A DNA stretch of 14,502 nucleotides from Dubosiella newyorkensis (GTDB lineage Bacteria; Bacillota_I; Bacilli_A; Erysipelotrichales; Erysipelotrichaceae), in NCBI RefSeq assembly GCF_001945605.1, contig NZ_MPKA01000142.1, positions 1-14,502 of the forward strand, in the 5' to 3' direction. Positions within the stretch are counted from its first letter, which is position 1. The number at the start of each line of letters is the position of its first letter. The notes beneath the pieces were generated by a model, which made no database searches, was not told the DNA's origin, and was given only the letters and a program-made list of their open reading frames with translations. This document shows, one piece after another, positions 1 to 7,987 of the stretch. The translations under genes were made by a program, and so were the position numbers.

Positions 1-2
1 TG

Positions 3-252
3 AGAGGACATTGTCACGAAAGAGGAGAAAAAAAAGCAAATAAGTATCCAGAAGAAAAAGAGATTGATATTATATGGGACATTTTAAGAAAAAGGGGCTT
101 ATGTTTTTGCAAACTGTAAAACTCCCGAAAACGATACGATCTTATTGCTTGGCAAAGGAGACGAAGCATTTATTTACCGGGAAGAAGGAAGAGCCCCTTG
201 GATCGGCGATGATAAAGCGGCTCGCGAATGTATTCAAAAATACCGCAAGTAA
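3..252 (+). CDS. 3' end of a Mur-ligase-family gene (MurE/MurF-like C-terminal domain). It is 5'-truncated by the window edge and the reading frame appears disrupted near 89-97.
   Basis: Frame 1 (88-252) reads GAYVFANCKTPENDTILLLGKGDEAFIYREEGRAPWIGDDKAARECIQKYRK*. This resembles the Mur ligase C-terminal signature (vvliaGKGHE.yq....pf.DDre.Area). Upstream, the only protein-like text (KYPEEKEIDIIWDILRK) is in frame 3 and stops at 117-119, while frame 1 has a stop at 85-87. The supplied ORF 74-268 (frame 2) looks spurious. Confidence 0.35.
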
Positions 253-256
253 TGGC

Positions 257-284
257 TTGCATTCTTAAAAAGATTTGCTATAAT
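257..284 (+). promoter_or_regulatory. Sigma-A type promoter upstream of rpsU
   Basis: TTGCAT (257-262), a 16-nt spacer, then TGC-TATAAT (extended -10; TATAAT at 279-284). It lies ~35 nt upstream of the rpsU start. Confidence 0.55.
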
Positions 285-318
285 CTTAATGTACAACTCA
301 GGAAGGGAGGTTTTGTTC

Positions 319-498
319 ATGCCAAAAGTTGTTCTGAAAGAGAACGAACAATTAGATGACGCTTTAAGAAGATTTAAACGTCAAGTCTCTCGAAACGGCA
401 CCCTTGCTGAGGCGCGCAAAAGAGAATTTTACGTTAAACCTGGCGTTCGCAGAAAGTTAAAATCTGAAGCGGCGCGTAAAGCACGAAGAGGTAAATAA
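319..498 (+). CDS. rpsU: 30S ribosomal protein S21
   Basis: [59 protein letters not shown] is a typical S21. The ATG at 319 is preceded by GGAAGGGAGG (301-310). The track's upstream ATG at 289 has no SD and adds a non-conserved extension. Confidence 0.93.
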   Translation: MPKVVLKENEQLDDALRRFKRQVSRNGTLAEARKREFYVKPGVRRKLKSEAARKARRGK

Positions 499-524
499 TC
501 TGCATCCAATGCAGATTTTTTTTT
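498..524 (+). terminator. Rho-independent terminator or attenuating hairpin after rpsU
   Basis: ATCTGCAT (498-505) pairs with ATGCAGAT (509-516) and is followed by a T9 run. The phoH SD (GGAGG, 525-529) follows directly, so read-through is probably partial. Confidence 0.7.
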
Positions 525-536
525 GGAGGTAGATCC

Positions 537-1484
537 ATGGAATATAAAACGATAGATTGTTCCGAACGAAGCATGGAAGAAATGCAGATGCTTTGCGGGA
601 TCGATGATGAAAATATCAAACTGCTCAGCGAGGCATTCAATGGAAACATTATCGTTCGTTCTCACGCGATCAAAGTCGAAGAGCCAATCTTTGAAGCGAT
701 CTCTACGATCATTGAAAAAAGCTTTCAGATGATCGAGACGCGCGATCAACTATTAAAACAAGATCTTCATTATTTGATCCAGCTCGAGAAGAAAAAAATC
801 TTACGCTCTTTTTCAGCTAAAGCGCTCTCTCCGATCGCAAAAACACGAAGCGGAAAACTGATTTATCCAAAAACAATCGGACAAGCCAAGCTTTGCGAGG
901 CTTTCAAGGAAAAAGAGATCGTATTCGCCACAGGAGTTGCTGGAACAGGGAAGACTTATTTAGCGGTCGCATACGCGATCACTCAATTAAAAAATGAATC
1001 CGTCAAAAAAATCGTATTGACTCGTCCTGCTGTCGAAGCGGGCGAATCGCTTGGATTCCTTCCAGGGGACATGAAAGAGAAGGTCGATCCTTATCTTCGT
1101 CCTCTATACGACGCGCTCCATGAAATGCTCGGTCAAGAAACGACAGAAAAGCTGATCGAAAAAGAAGTGATCGAGATCGCGCCACTCGCGTTTATGCGAG
1201 GCAGGACGCTCAATGAAGCGATCGTCATCTTGGATGAAGCGCAAAACACGACCAAAGCGCAAATGAAGATGTTTTTGACGCGAATGGGCAAAAAGACGAA
1301 GATGATCGTAACAGGCGATGTGACGCAAATCGATTTGATCAAAGACAAAGACTCGGGGCTGATCCAAGCTTGCCAGATCTTGCAAGGGATCCCCGAAATC
1401 AGTATCGTTCATCTTGGAAACGAAGATGTCGTGCGCAATCCGCTCGTTCAGAAGATCATAGAGCGGTATGCCAATGTTGAATAA
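537..1484 (+). CDS. phoH: PhoH-family ATPase (PhoH-like protein)
   Basis: 315 aa. Walker A is GVAGTGKTYLAV and Walker B-like is AIVILDEAQN. The conserved PhoH block LTRPAVEAGESLGFLPGD..KVDPYLRPLYDAL is present. SD GGAGG lies 7 nt upstream. Confidence 0.9.
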   Translation: MEYKTIDCSERSMEEMQMLCGIDDENIKLLSEAFNGNIIVRSHAIKVEEPIFEAISTIIEKSFQMIETRDQLLKQDLHYLIQLEKKKILRSFSAKALSPIAKTRSGKLIYPKTIGQAKLCEAFKEKEIVFATGVAGTGKTYLAVAYAITQLKNESVKKIVLTRPAVEAGESLGFLPGDMKEKVDPYLRPLYDALHEMLGQETTEKLIEKEVIEIAPLAFMRGRTLNEAIVILDEAQNTTKAQMKMFLTRMGKKTKMIVTGDVTQIDLIKDKDSGLIQACQILQGIPEISIVHLGNEDVVRNPLVQKIIERYANVE

Positions 1485-1532
1485 ACGAGGATCAACTGCT
1501 ATACTATTAAAGATATTGAAAGGTGAAAACGT

Positions 1533-2261
1533 ATGGGAAGACACTTTGAAGTCCGTGCTGCAGCGATGCAGAAAACGGCGAATCAAAAAGCAAAAGTATA
1601 TTCAAGATATTCGAAAGAGATCTTAGTGGCTGCCAAAAACGGCGATCCAGATCCCGACATGAACCAAGCGCTGAAAAAAGCGATCGAACGGGCGAAAGCC
1701 AACAACGTGCCAGCGGATGTCATCAAGCGTGCGATCGATAAAGCGAAATCGAGCGCGGATGAAAATTTCTCGTCTGCTCGTTATGAAGGATTCGGAAGCG
1801 GCGGCGGAAGCACGATCATCATCGACTGCTTGACCGACAATGCCAATCGTACCATCGCCAACCTTAGAGCGTGCTTCAATAAATCACACGCCAAATTGGG
1901 AGTCGGCGGATCCGTTTCTTTTGGCTATGAGCATTTGGGAGTTATCGTCATTGAATACACGGACGAAGAAGCGATGATGGATGCGATGATCGAACACGAT
2001 ATCGATTTGAACGATATCGAGATCGAAGATGGCTATATGACGATCACGACCAATCCAAATCAGCTCGATGAAGCGAAAACAGTCGTCGAAGAATTGATCC
2101 CGGATGTCAAATTCCTTGTCTTGGAAGATAAAATGGTTCCAAATGAAGAAGTTGAACTGCAAGGAGAAGATCTAGAACTCTTCAAACGTTTGGTCACATT
2201 GCTCGACGATGTCGATGATGTGCAGAACGTTTATCATAACGTTTCTAACTTAAACAACTAA
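1533..2261 (+). CDS. YebC/PmpR (YeeN-like) family protein
   Basis: 242 aa. It carries the family pattern ...KEILVAAKNGDPDPDMNQALKKAIERAKANNVPADVIKRAIDKAK...YEGFGSGG..IIIDCLTDNANRT. SD AAAGGTGA is at 1519-1526. Confidence 0.85.
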   Translation: MGRHFEVRAAAMQKTANQKAKVYSRYSKEILVAAKNGDPDPDMNQALKKAIERAKANNVPADVIKRAIDKAKSSADENFSSARYEGFGSGGGSTIIIDCLTDNANRTIANLRACFNKSHAKLGVGGSVSFGYEHLGVIVIEYTDEEAMMDAMIEHDIDLNDIEIEDGYMTITTNPNQLDEAKTVVEELIPDVKFLVLEDKMVPNEEVELQGEDLELFKRLVTLLDDVDDVQNVYHNVSNLNN

Positions 2262-2274
2262 ATCCATCGAAAAA

Positions 2275-2470
2275 GAAAAGACGGATACAAAAGATCCTAG
2301 AGAGGGATGTGCTGGTGGAAGCATCCTATCTAACGTTTCGTTCAGACACTTTGGAGGAGCTAGAAAGAAAAGTCTAGCCGTTACGTCGCGTTAAGACTTT
2401 AAGAGCTTACATTGTAAGAAGTAAGGTGGTACCGCGTGCAAACGTCCTTATGATCGAGGGCGTTTTTTTT
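2275..2470 (+). promoter_or_regulatory. T-box riboswitch leader controlling hisS-aspS
   Basis: Stem I has an AGAGAG bulge (2299-2304) and the helix GGATG/CATCC (2305-2309 / 2322-2326) enclosing a GCTGGTGGAA distal loop. Candidate specifier triplets lie in GACAC (2345-2349). The canonical T-box sequence AAGGTGGTACCGCG is at 2423-2436. A terminator follows at 2441-2470. The 5' boundary is approximate. Confidence 0.85.
2441..2470 (+). terminator. Terminator helix of the T-box leader
   Basis: AACGTCCT (2441-2448) pairs with AGGGCGTT (2457-2464), with one G-U pair and an 8-nt loop. A T-run follows to 2470, ending 20 nt before the hisS ATG. Confidence 0.8.
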
Positions 2471-2490
2471 TATATAAAGGAGAACTATAT

Positions 2491-3801
2491 ATGCACTTTC
2501 AAATTCCAAGAGGAACCCAAGATATTCTGCCTGCCGAATCCAATAAATGGCAGGCACTCGAGCAAACTTTACGTCATTTCTGTTCGTTGTATGATTTCAA
2601 GGAGATCCGTACTCCGATCTTTGAACATACCAATGTATTCAAACGCGAAAACGATTCCAGCGACATGGTCAATAAAGAAATGTACACGTTCCAGCTTGAA
2701 AACTCGAACACATCGTTGACATTGCGTCCAGAAGGGACAGCTGGTGTCGTACGCAGTTTTGTCGAACATAAAATGTACGCGAATCCCGATCTTCCAGTCA
2801 AAATGTATTATATGGGAGAAATGGCGCGTCATGAACGGCCGCAAAAGGGACGCCTTCGTCTCTTTCATCAATTTGGTGTCGAATCGTTAGGAACCAAAAG
2901 TCCTTTGGCGGATGTCGAAGTGATCACACTCGCTTTTTCGATCTTGAAGGCGCTTGGTTTAGAGGAAATCAAAGTGCTGATCAACACGTTAGGAGACGAC
3001 GAGAGCCGTGCCGCTTACCGGAATGCTTTACGAGACTATTTCGCCCCATACCTCGATTCGCTTTGCGCGGATTGTAAACGCCGATACGAACAAAATCCGC
3101 TTCGTATCCTAGACTGCAAGATCGACCATGATCTTGACTGTGTCAAGAACGCTCCCAAGATGAGCGATTATTTAAATGAAAACTCAAAGGATTATTTTAA
3201 AACTGTACTGCAGACGCTCGATCGTCTCGGTATTCCTTATCAAGTAGAAGATACGCTTGTTCGTGGCTTGGATTATTATACACACACTGTGTTCGAGATC
3301 GTTTCGATCAACGAGGAGATGGGTTCCCAATCGACTGTCCTTGCAGGAGGACGTTATGATGGCTTGATCTCTTATTTTGGCGGTCCTAAAGAAATGAGCG
3401 GGATTGGCTGGGCGCTAGGCATGGAGCGTTTGATCATCGCTCTCGAGGCGGAAGGCATCAACTTGAATGAAGAAGATGCGTTAGACTGCTTCGTGATGGT
3501 GCTTGATCAAGAGGCGAGAGAATATGCCTTTGAAGTGCTGACAGAAATCAGGGCGTACGGCTATCGGGCCGATATGGATTATCAATCTCGTTCATTCAAG
3601 GCGCAATTCAAAGCGGCGGACCGCAAAAAAGCAAAAACAGCGATCATGATCGGCTCGTCGGAAATGGAATCGGGAAGCGTGACGGTCAAGCTATTGGATC
3701 GAAAAGAACAAACAACATTGCCTGCGGACGAACTCGTTTCGTATTTAGATGTTCATCTTGAAGAGGAAGAAGAACATCACCATCATCATGAGGAGGAATG
3801 A
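2491..3801 (+). CDS. hisS: Histidine--tRNA ligase, with an unusual C-terminal EEEEEHHHHHEEE tail
   Basis: 436 aa. Class II HisRS motifs are present (RHERPQKGRLRLFHQFGVE; AGGRYDGLI; GIGWALGMERL). SD AAGGAGA is at 2477-2483. A T-box lies upstream. Confidence 0.95.
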   Translation: MHFQIPRGTQDILPAESNKWQALEQTLRHFCSLYDFKEIRTPIFEHTNVFKRENDSSDMVNKEMYTFQLENSNTSLTLRPEGTAGVVRSFVEHKMYANPDLPVKMYYMGEMARHERPQKGRLRLFHQFGVESLGTKSPLADVEVITLAFSILKALGLEEIKVLINTLGDDESRAAYRNALRDYFAPYLDSLCADCKRRYEQNPLRILDCKIDHDLDCVKNAPKMSDYLNENSKDYFKTVLQTLDRLGIPYQVEDTLVRGLDYYTHTVFEIVSINEEMGSQSTVLAGGRYDGLISYFGGPKEMSGIGWALGMERLIIALEAEGINLNEEDALDCFVMVLDQEAREYAFEVLTEIRAYGYRADMDYQSRSFKAQFKAADRKKAKTAIMIGSSEMESGSVTVKLLDRKEQTTLPADELVSYLDVHLEEEEEHHHHHEEE

Positions 3802-3803
3802 TC

Positions 3804-5531
3804 ATGTATAGAACTCATTATAATGGAGAGCTAAGAGCGAATAACGAAAAAGAAAAAGTCAAACTTGTCGGCTGGGTTTCTAAAAAAAGAAACTTTGGCC
3901 AATTGTGCTTCATCGATTTGCGGGATACGACAGGGATCACGCAGCTCGTCTTTGACGAGGCGATCGCTCCAAAAGTCAAAGATGTCCGCAATGAATATAT
4001 TCTTCAAGTTTCTGGAACAGTCGAGAAGCGGAAAGATATCAATCCAACGCTTCCAACAGGAGAGATCGAAGTCATTGTCGATGATGTCAAGATTATCAAT
4101 ACCGCCAAGACGACGCCGCTCATCATCGCAGATGAAACGGATGCGTTAGAGGATACGCGTATGGAATACCGCTATCTTGACTTGAGAAGACCAATCATGC
4201 AGTCTCGTCTGAAAACAAGAGCAAAGATCAGCCGCTCGATGCGGGATTACCTCGACCATCATGGCTTCTTGGAGGTCGAGACACCTATGCTTGGAAAATC
4301 GACGCCAGAAGGCGCCAGAGACTATCTCGTGCCAAGTCGGGTTCATCCAGGTTCCTTTTACGCTTTGCCACAATCTCCTCAGCTCTACAAGCAATTGCTC
4401 ATGATCGCGGGTCTAGATAAATACTATCAATTCGCGCGCTGCTTTAGAGATGAAGATCTTAGAGCAGATCGTCAAACCGATTTTACGCAAGTCGATATCG
4501 AAACTTCGTTTTTAAGCGAACAAGAGATCATGGATTTCACAGAAGAAATGCTTTGCAAAGTGATGAAAGAAGTCAAAGGGATCGAAGTAAAACGTCCATT
4601 TTTAAAAATTACTTGGGAAGATGCGATGAATCGATATGGTTCGGATAAACCAGACAATCGGTTTGGGATGGAGTTTGTGGATCTAGGCCCAATGTTTGCC
4701 AAGAGCGAATTTCCAGTATTCCAAAATGTGGAAACGCTCAAAGGCTTTGTGGCGCCCGCTTTTCACGCATCCAATAAAGAAGTCAAAAAGCTTACAGAAT
4801 TTGTCAAGAAAAATGGTGGAAAAGGACTTGTCGTTTTCAAAATGCAAGAGGGAACTCTTTCTGGACCTGCGCGCAAATTTTTAAGCGACGAGGATGAAAA
4901 GGCGCTCATCGAAACGATGGGAGCGAACGATGGCGATACGATCTTTATTGTCGCAGACACATGGAGAAAAGCATGTACGGCTCTTGGAGCGCTTCGCAAC
5001 GAGATCGCAAGTCAAAAAGGTTTGAAAAAACCGAATGAATTCTCTTTTTTGTGGATCGTCGATTTTCCAATGTTCGAATGGAGCGAAGAGGAAGGCCGCT
5101 ACGTATCTGAACATCATCCATTCACGATGCCAAAAACAGAAGATCTGCCATTACTCGATACAGACCCTTCCAAAGTAAAGACAAACGCGTACGATATTAT
5201 TTTGAACGGATATGAGCTTGGGGGCGGAAGCATGCGGATCTATGACAATGCCCTTCAAAAAAAGATATTCCAGATCTTAGGGTTGAGCGATGAAGACATT
5301 CAAAACAAGTTTGGCTTTTTTGTCGATGCGTTCCAATATGGAACACCTCCGCATGGGGGTCTCGCGTTAGGGTTTGATCGTGTGGCGATGCTTTTGGCCG
5401 AAACGGATTCGATTCGCGATGTGATCGCGTTCCCGAAAAACGCGAGCGCGAAAGATCCGATGTCGAAAGCGCCATGTCCTGTCGATGAAAAGCAGCTCGA
5501 TGAACTGCATATCCAAATCGAGCATGACTAG
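3804..5531 (+). CDS. aspS: Aspartate--tRNA ligase (bacterial type with insertion domain)
   Basis: Motifs include FYALPQSPQLYKQLLM, FRDEDLRADRQ.DFTQVD, GGGSMRI and PPHGGLALGFDR. I prefer the ATG at 3804 because AGGAGG (3791-3796) lies 7 nt upstream. The track's ATG at 3798 abuts the SD and overlaps the hisS stop (ATGA). Confidence 0.93.
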   Translation: MYRTHYNGELRANNEKEKVKLVGWVSKKRNFGQLCFIDLRDTTGITQLVFDEAIAPKVKDVRNEYILQVSGTVEKRKDINPTLPTGEIEVIVDDVKIINTAKTTPLIIADETDALEDTRMEYRYLDLRRPIMQSRLKTRAKISRSMRDYLDHHGFLEVETPMLGKSTPEGARDYLVPSRVHPGSFYALPQSPQLYKQLLMIAGLDKYYQFARCFRDEDLRADRQTDFTQVDIETSFLSEQEIMDFTEEMLCKVMKEVKGIEVKRPFLKITWEDAMNRYGSDKPDNRFGMEFVDLGPMFAKSEFPVFQNVETLKGFVAPAFHASNKEVKKLTEFVKKNGGKGLVVFKMQEGTLSGPARKFLSDEDEKALIETMGANDGDTIFIVADTWRKACTALGALRNEIASQKGLKKPNEFSFLWIVDFPMFEWSEEEGRYVSEHHPFTMPKTEDLPLLDTDPSKVKTNAYDIILNGYELGGGSMRIYDNALQKKIFQILGLSDEDIQNKFGFFVDAFQYGTPPHGGLALGFDRVAMLLAETDSIRDVIAFPKNASAKDPMSKAPCPVDEKQLDELHIQIEHD

Positions 5532-6519
5532 ATCGATCAAGATCTTTGGCACGTTCGGACCGACGCTCCATACAAGAGAGCAGATCATCGACATGATCGA
5601 ATTAGGCATGAATGGGATCCGCTTGAATTGTTCGCATGTTTCGCTTGTGGATGCGAAAGAATGGATCGATGCATTGCATGAAGCGATGGAAATCACAAAG
5701 AAGCATGTCGAGCTCGTTGTTGATTTGAAAGGGCCTGAGATCAGAGTCCTCCATTTGAAGGAAAAGATCCGGATCCTTCCAGGCGAGATGATCAAGATCG
5801 AAGAAACATTTGACTTACCTGCGCTTGTTAAAGAAAAGATCGACTATCAAGATCAGCTCCAAGTCGATGACGGAAAACTTTTATTTGAAGTCAAGAAAAA
5901 AGATGAAGAGGGAATATTGCTGGAGACGATTCGGGGCGGGACACTGTATCCACATAAGAGCGTCGCAATCGAGGGCAAAGAAATCGTGCTTCCACCTTTA
6001 TGCCAAGACGATATTGAAACGATCAAGCACATTTCGGAATTTGGGGTGGAAGGCGTTTTGATGCCATTTGTAAGAAGCGAGCGAGATCTGATCGATCTCA
6101 AAGAGACGCTGGATCGTTTTCAATGCCCCGTCAAGATCTATGGCAAGATCGAATCGAGACAAGGGGTCGAAAACATCCGCTCGCTTCTTCCTTATATGGA
6201 TGAGGTCGTGATCGCACGTGGCGATCTAGGAAACGCGGTCGGATTATGCAGTCTACCAATCGCTCAGCATGAGATCGAGACGATTTGCCACAAGACCAAT
6301 AAGCCGTATATGATCGTAACGCAACTTCTTGAAATGGTGAGCCTGAAAGGCATTCCTTCTAGAGCAGAGGTCGATGACATTTTTTATGCGATCTATCAAG
6401 GGGCGAGTTCGATCATGCTGACTGGCGAGGTGGCGAATTCAAAGTATGCCAAAGAAGCAATGCGTATATTATGCGAAGTCAGCGAAAATACATTACAATA
6501 TAAATATAAGGAGACATAA
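5524..6519 (+). CDS. Pyruvate kinase family protein with A (barrel) and B domains only; the C-terminal regulatory domain is absent
   Basis: 331 aa from the ATG at 5524, which overlaps the aspS stop (ATGACTAG). PK motifs present: IFGTFGP, MNGIRLNCSH, DLKGPEIR, YGKIES, VIARGDLG, TQLLE, PSRAEVDD and MLTGEVA. Typical PKs are ~470-585 aa. Confidence 0.75.
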   Translation: MTRSIKIFGTFGPTLHTREQIIDMIELGMNGIRLNCSHVSLVDAKEWIDALHEAMEITKKHVELVVDLKGPEIRVLHLKEKIRILPGEMIKIEETFDLPALVKEKIDYQDQLQVDDGKLLFEVKKKDEEGILLETIRGGTLYPHKSVAIEGKEIVLPPLCQDDIETIKHISEFGVEGVLMPFVRSERDLIDLKETLDRFQCPVKIYGKIESRQGVENIRSLLPYMDEVVIARGDLGNAVGLCSLPIAQHEIETICHKTNKPYMIVTQLLEMVSLKGIPSRAEVDDIFYAIYQGASSIMLTGEVANSKYAKEAMRILCEVSENTLQYKYKET

Positions 6520-6521
6520 GT

Positions 6522-7454
6522 ATGAAAACAGCACTCGTGATCATGGCTGCGGGTCTTGGTTCTCGATATGGGGGCGGGATCAAGCAGCTAGAAGGTGTTG
6601 GTCCTAATGGCGAGATCATCATGGATTATTCGATTCATGACGCGATCGAGGCCGGCTTTGATAAAGTGGTCTTTATTATTCGTAAAGATATCGAAGACGC
6701 TTTTATGGAAGTGATCGGGGACCGGATCGAAAAAATATGCAAAGACAATGGGATTGAAGTAGAATACGCATATCAATCTCTTGATGACCTGCCTGAAGGT
6801 GTCGAATATCATGGCGAACGGACAAAGCCTTGGGGAACAGGACAAGCCGTATTGGCTTGTCGGGATCTGATCAAGGAACCATTCGTGGTTATCAATGCCG
6901 ATGACTATTATGGTAAAGAAGCATTCGTGCAGATCCATGACTTTTTAGAACAGTATTCGCCTGAAAGAGCGAATGATTACAGCTTGGCTGGTTTCTTGTT
7001 GAAGAACACGCTCTCGGATTTTGGCGGCGTGACGCGCGGAGTTTGCACGGTCGATCAAAACGATCAGCTTATAGATATTCAAGAGACGAAAAATATTATC
7101 AAGACAAAGGATGGCGCCCAAGTGGATGGAAAGAGTATAGATGGGAACACGTATGTTTCGATGAATATGTGGGGGCTCACACCCGAATCGATCGATCTTT
7201 TGAAGCAAGGGTTCATTGAATTTTTCGACCAAAACAAAGAGCAGATCGATACGGCTGAATTTTTGTTGCCGACATTCATTGGCGAACAATTAAAAAAAGG
7301 AACCGTAAGCGTGAAAGTCCTTCCTACCCACGATCAATGGTTTGGAGTGACGTATAAAGAAGATAAGCCCAATGTCGTGGCTTCCTTTCAAAAACTCATT
7401 GATGAAGGCGTCTATCAAAGCGATCTATTTTCCGATTTAAAAAAAGCGGAGTGA
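6522..7454 (+). CDS. Nucleotidyltransferase (sugar-phosphate nucleotidyltransferase fold, GT-A/NTP_transferase family)
   Basis: 310 aa. The N-terminal motif is LVIMAAGLGSRYGG (GxG[ST]R). SD AAGGAGA is at 6509-6515. The gene starts 2 nt after the preceding stop. Confidence 0.75.
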   Translation: MKTALVIMAAGLGSRYGGGIKQLEGVGPNGEIIMDYSIHDAIEAGFDKVVFIIRKDIEDAFMEVIGDRIEKICKDNGIEVEYAYQSLDDLPEGVEYHGERTKPWGTGQAVLACRDLIKEPFVVINADDYYGKEAFVQIHDFLEQYSPERANDYSLAGFLLKNTLSDFGGVTRGVCTVDQNDQLIDIQETKNIIKTKDGAQVDGKSIDGNTYVSMNMWGLTPESIDLLKQGFIEFFDQNKEQIDTAEFLLPTFIGEQLKKGTVSVKVLPTHDQWFGVTYKEDKPNVVASFQKLIDEGVYQSDLFSDLKKAE

Positions 7455-7495
7455 TCCGACGGTTTTAAAAATCTGATCATCTATATTCATTAACC

Positions 7496-7537
7496 AAAAG
7501 CCTTTCCTAAATCATTATCTTTAGGAAAGGCTTTTTT
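7496..7537. terminator. Strong rho-independent terminator ending the hisS-aspS-PK-NT operon; A-tract/T-tract symmetric, so possibly bidirectional
   Basis: AAAAGCCTTTCCTAAA (7496-7511) pairs with TTTAGGAAAGGCTTTT (7520-7535) across an 8-nt loop, followed by a T-run. Confidence 0.85.
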
Positions 7538-7987
7538 AGATAGTTTCAATCTATTAACAATAGAAGCCGATATCGCCTTTTTTTTCTTGGCAAAAACGCG
7601 TATTTCTTGTTCGAATACATGCCGAAAATAAGAATCATCACGTGTGATAGGCCAGACTTCCTTAGTTCATAGTTCAATGAGACAATCTTCTCCCACTTGT
7701 TTTTTTATATTTCAATTAAAAATATTTAAATATGGTTACAGAATGTCTCTGGGATCCGCTTTCATATCCAGCCATAAAGAAAGATTTTCGTGATAACACT
7801 ACCGTTGAATTAACGACTTTGACAATAACTCAGCAGATCGAATATTACCTAAAATAGGATCAAAGGATTATTTACTTCACTTTTCGAGATGTTTAGAAAG
7901 CCGTATGTTTTATTGAATATCGATCATTCTTCATAGCAAAATATAATTGAAGCTTCATTGGAAATAAACATATATAGACTAGTATTT

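Noticed and set aside
74-268. Track ORF of 64 aa (MGHFKKKGLMF...) upstream of rpsU
   Set aside because: The sequence is basic and low in complexity, with no SD. It overlaps a different frame that reads as a recognisable Mur-ligase C-terminus, and it runs through the rpsU promoter.
429-2162. Antisense ORFs inside phoH and yebC (429-749, 434-649, 1003-1185, 1104-1586, 1133-1348, 1884-2162)
   Set aside because: All lie opposite strongly motif-supported genes. Their products have skewed, non-protein-like composition.
2426-2719. Track ORF of 97 aa spanning the T-box terminator and the start of hisS
   Set aside because: It begins inside the conserved T-box/terminator RNA and is out of frame with the clearly genuine hisS. 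It has no SD.
3775-3789. His5 run interpreted as an engineered affinity tag or cloning artefact
   Set aside because: It is flanked by Glu runs, uses mixed CAT/CAC codons, has no linker or vector sequence, and its last codons double as the SD for the native downstream aspS.
2569-7289. Antisense or out-of-frame ORFs inside hisS, aspS, the PK-like gene and the nucleotidyltransferase (for example 2569-2871, 3865-4149, 4146-4394, 4472-4741, 4696-4884, 5197-5571, 5367-5795, 5810-6061, 5853-6101, 6588-6938, 6945-7289, 7079-7279)
   Set aside because: These are shadow ORFs of well-supported genes. I saw no start-site signals or recognisable motifs.
7609-7616. GTTCGAAT, resembling a tRNA T-loop, considered as a tRNA fragment marking an integration site
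   Set aside because: The flanking bases cannot form a T-stem (TCTTG versus ACATG). No acceptor or anticodon arms are present.
7732-7857. 41-aa ORF (MVTECLWDPLSYPAIKKDFRDNTTVELTTLTITQQIEYYLK) in the left island junction
   Set aside because: It has no SD and I recognised no motif. Its slightly higher GC suggests it may be a remnant of a disrupted gene, but I cannot support a call.
7893-7971. Two small minus-strand ORFs just downstream of the regulator, considered as NprX/PapR-like pheromone genes: MFISNEASIIFCYEE (7971-7924) and MKLQLYFAMKNDRYSIKHTAF (7958-7893)
   Set aside because: Neither has an SD, a signal-peptide-like or hydrophobic export segment, or any resemblance to known RNPP pro-peptides. 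ORFs of this size are expected by chance in AT-rich sequence.
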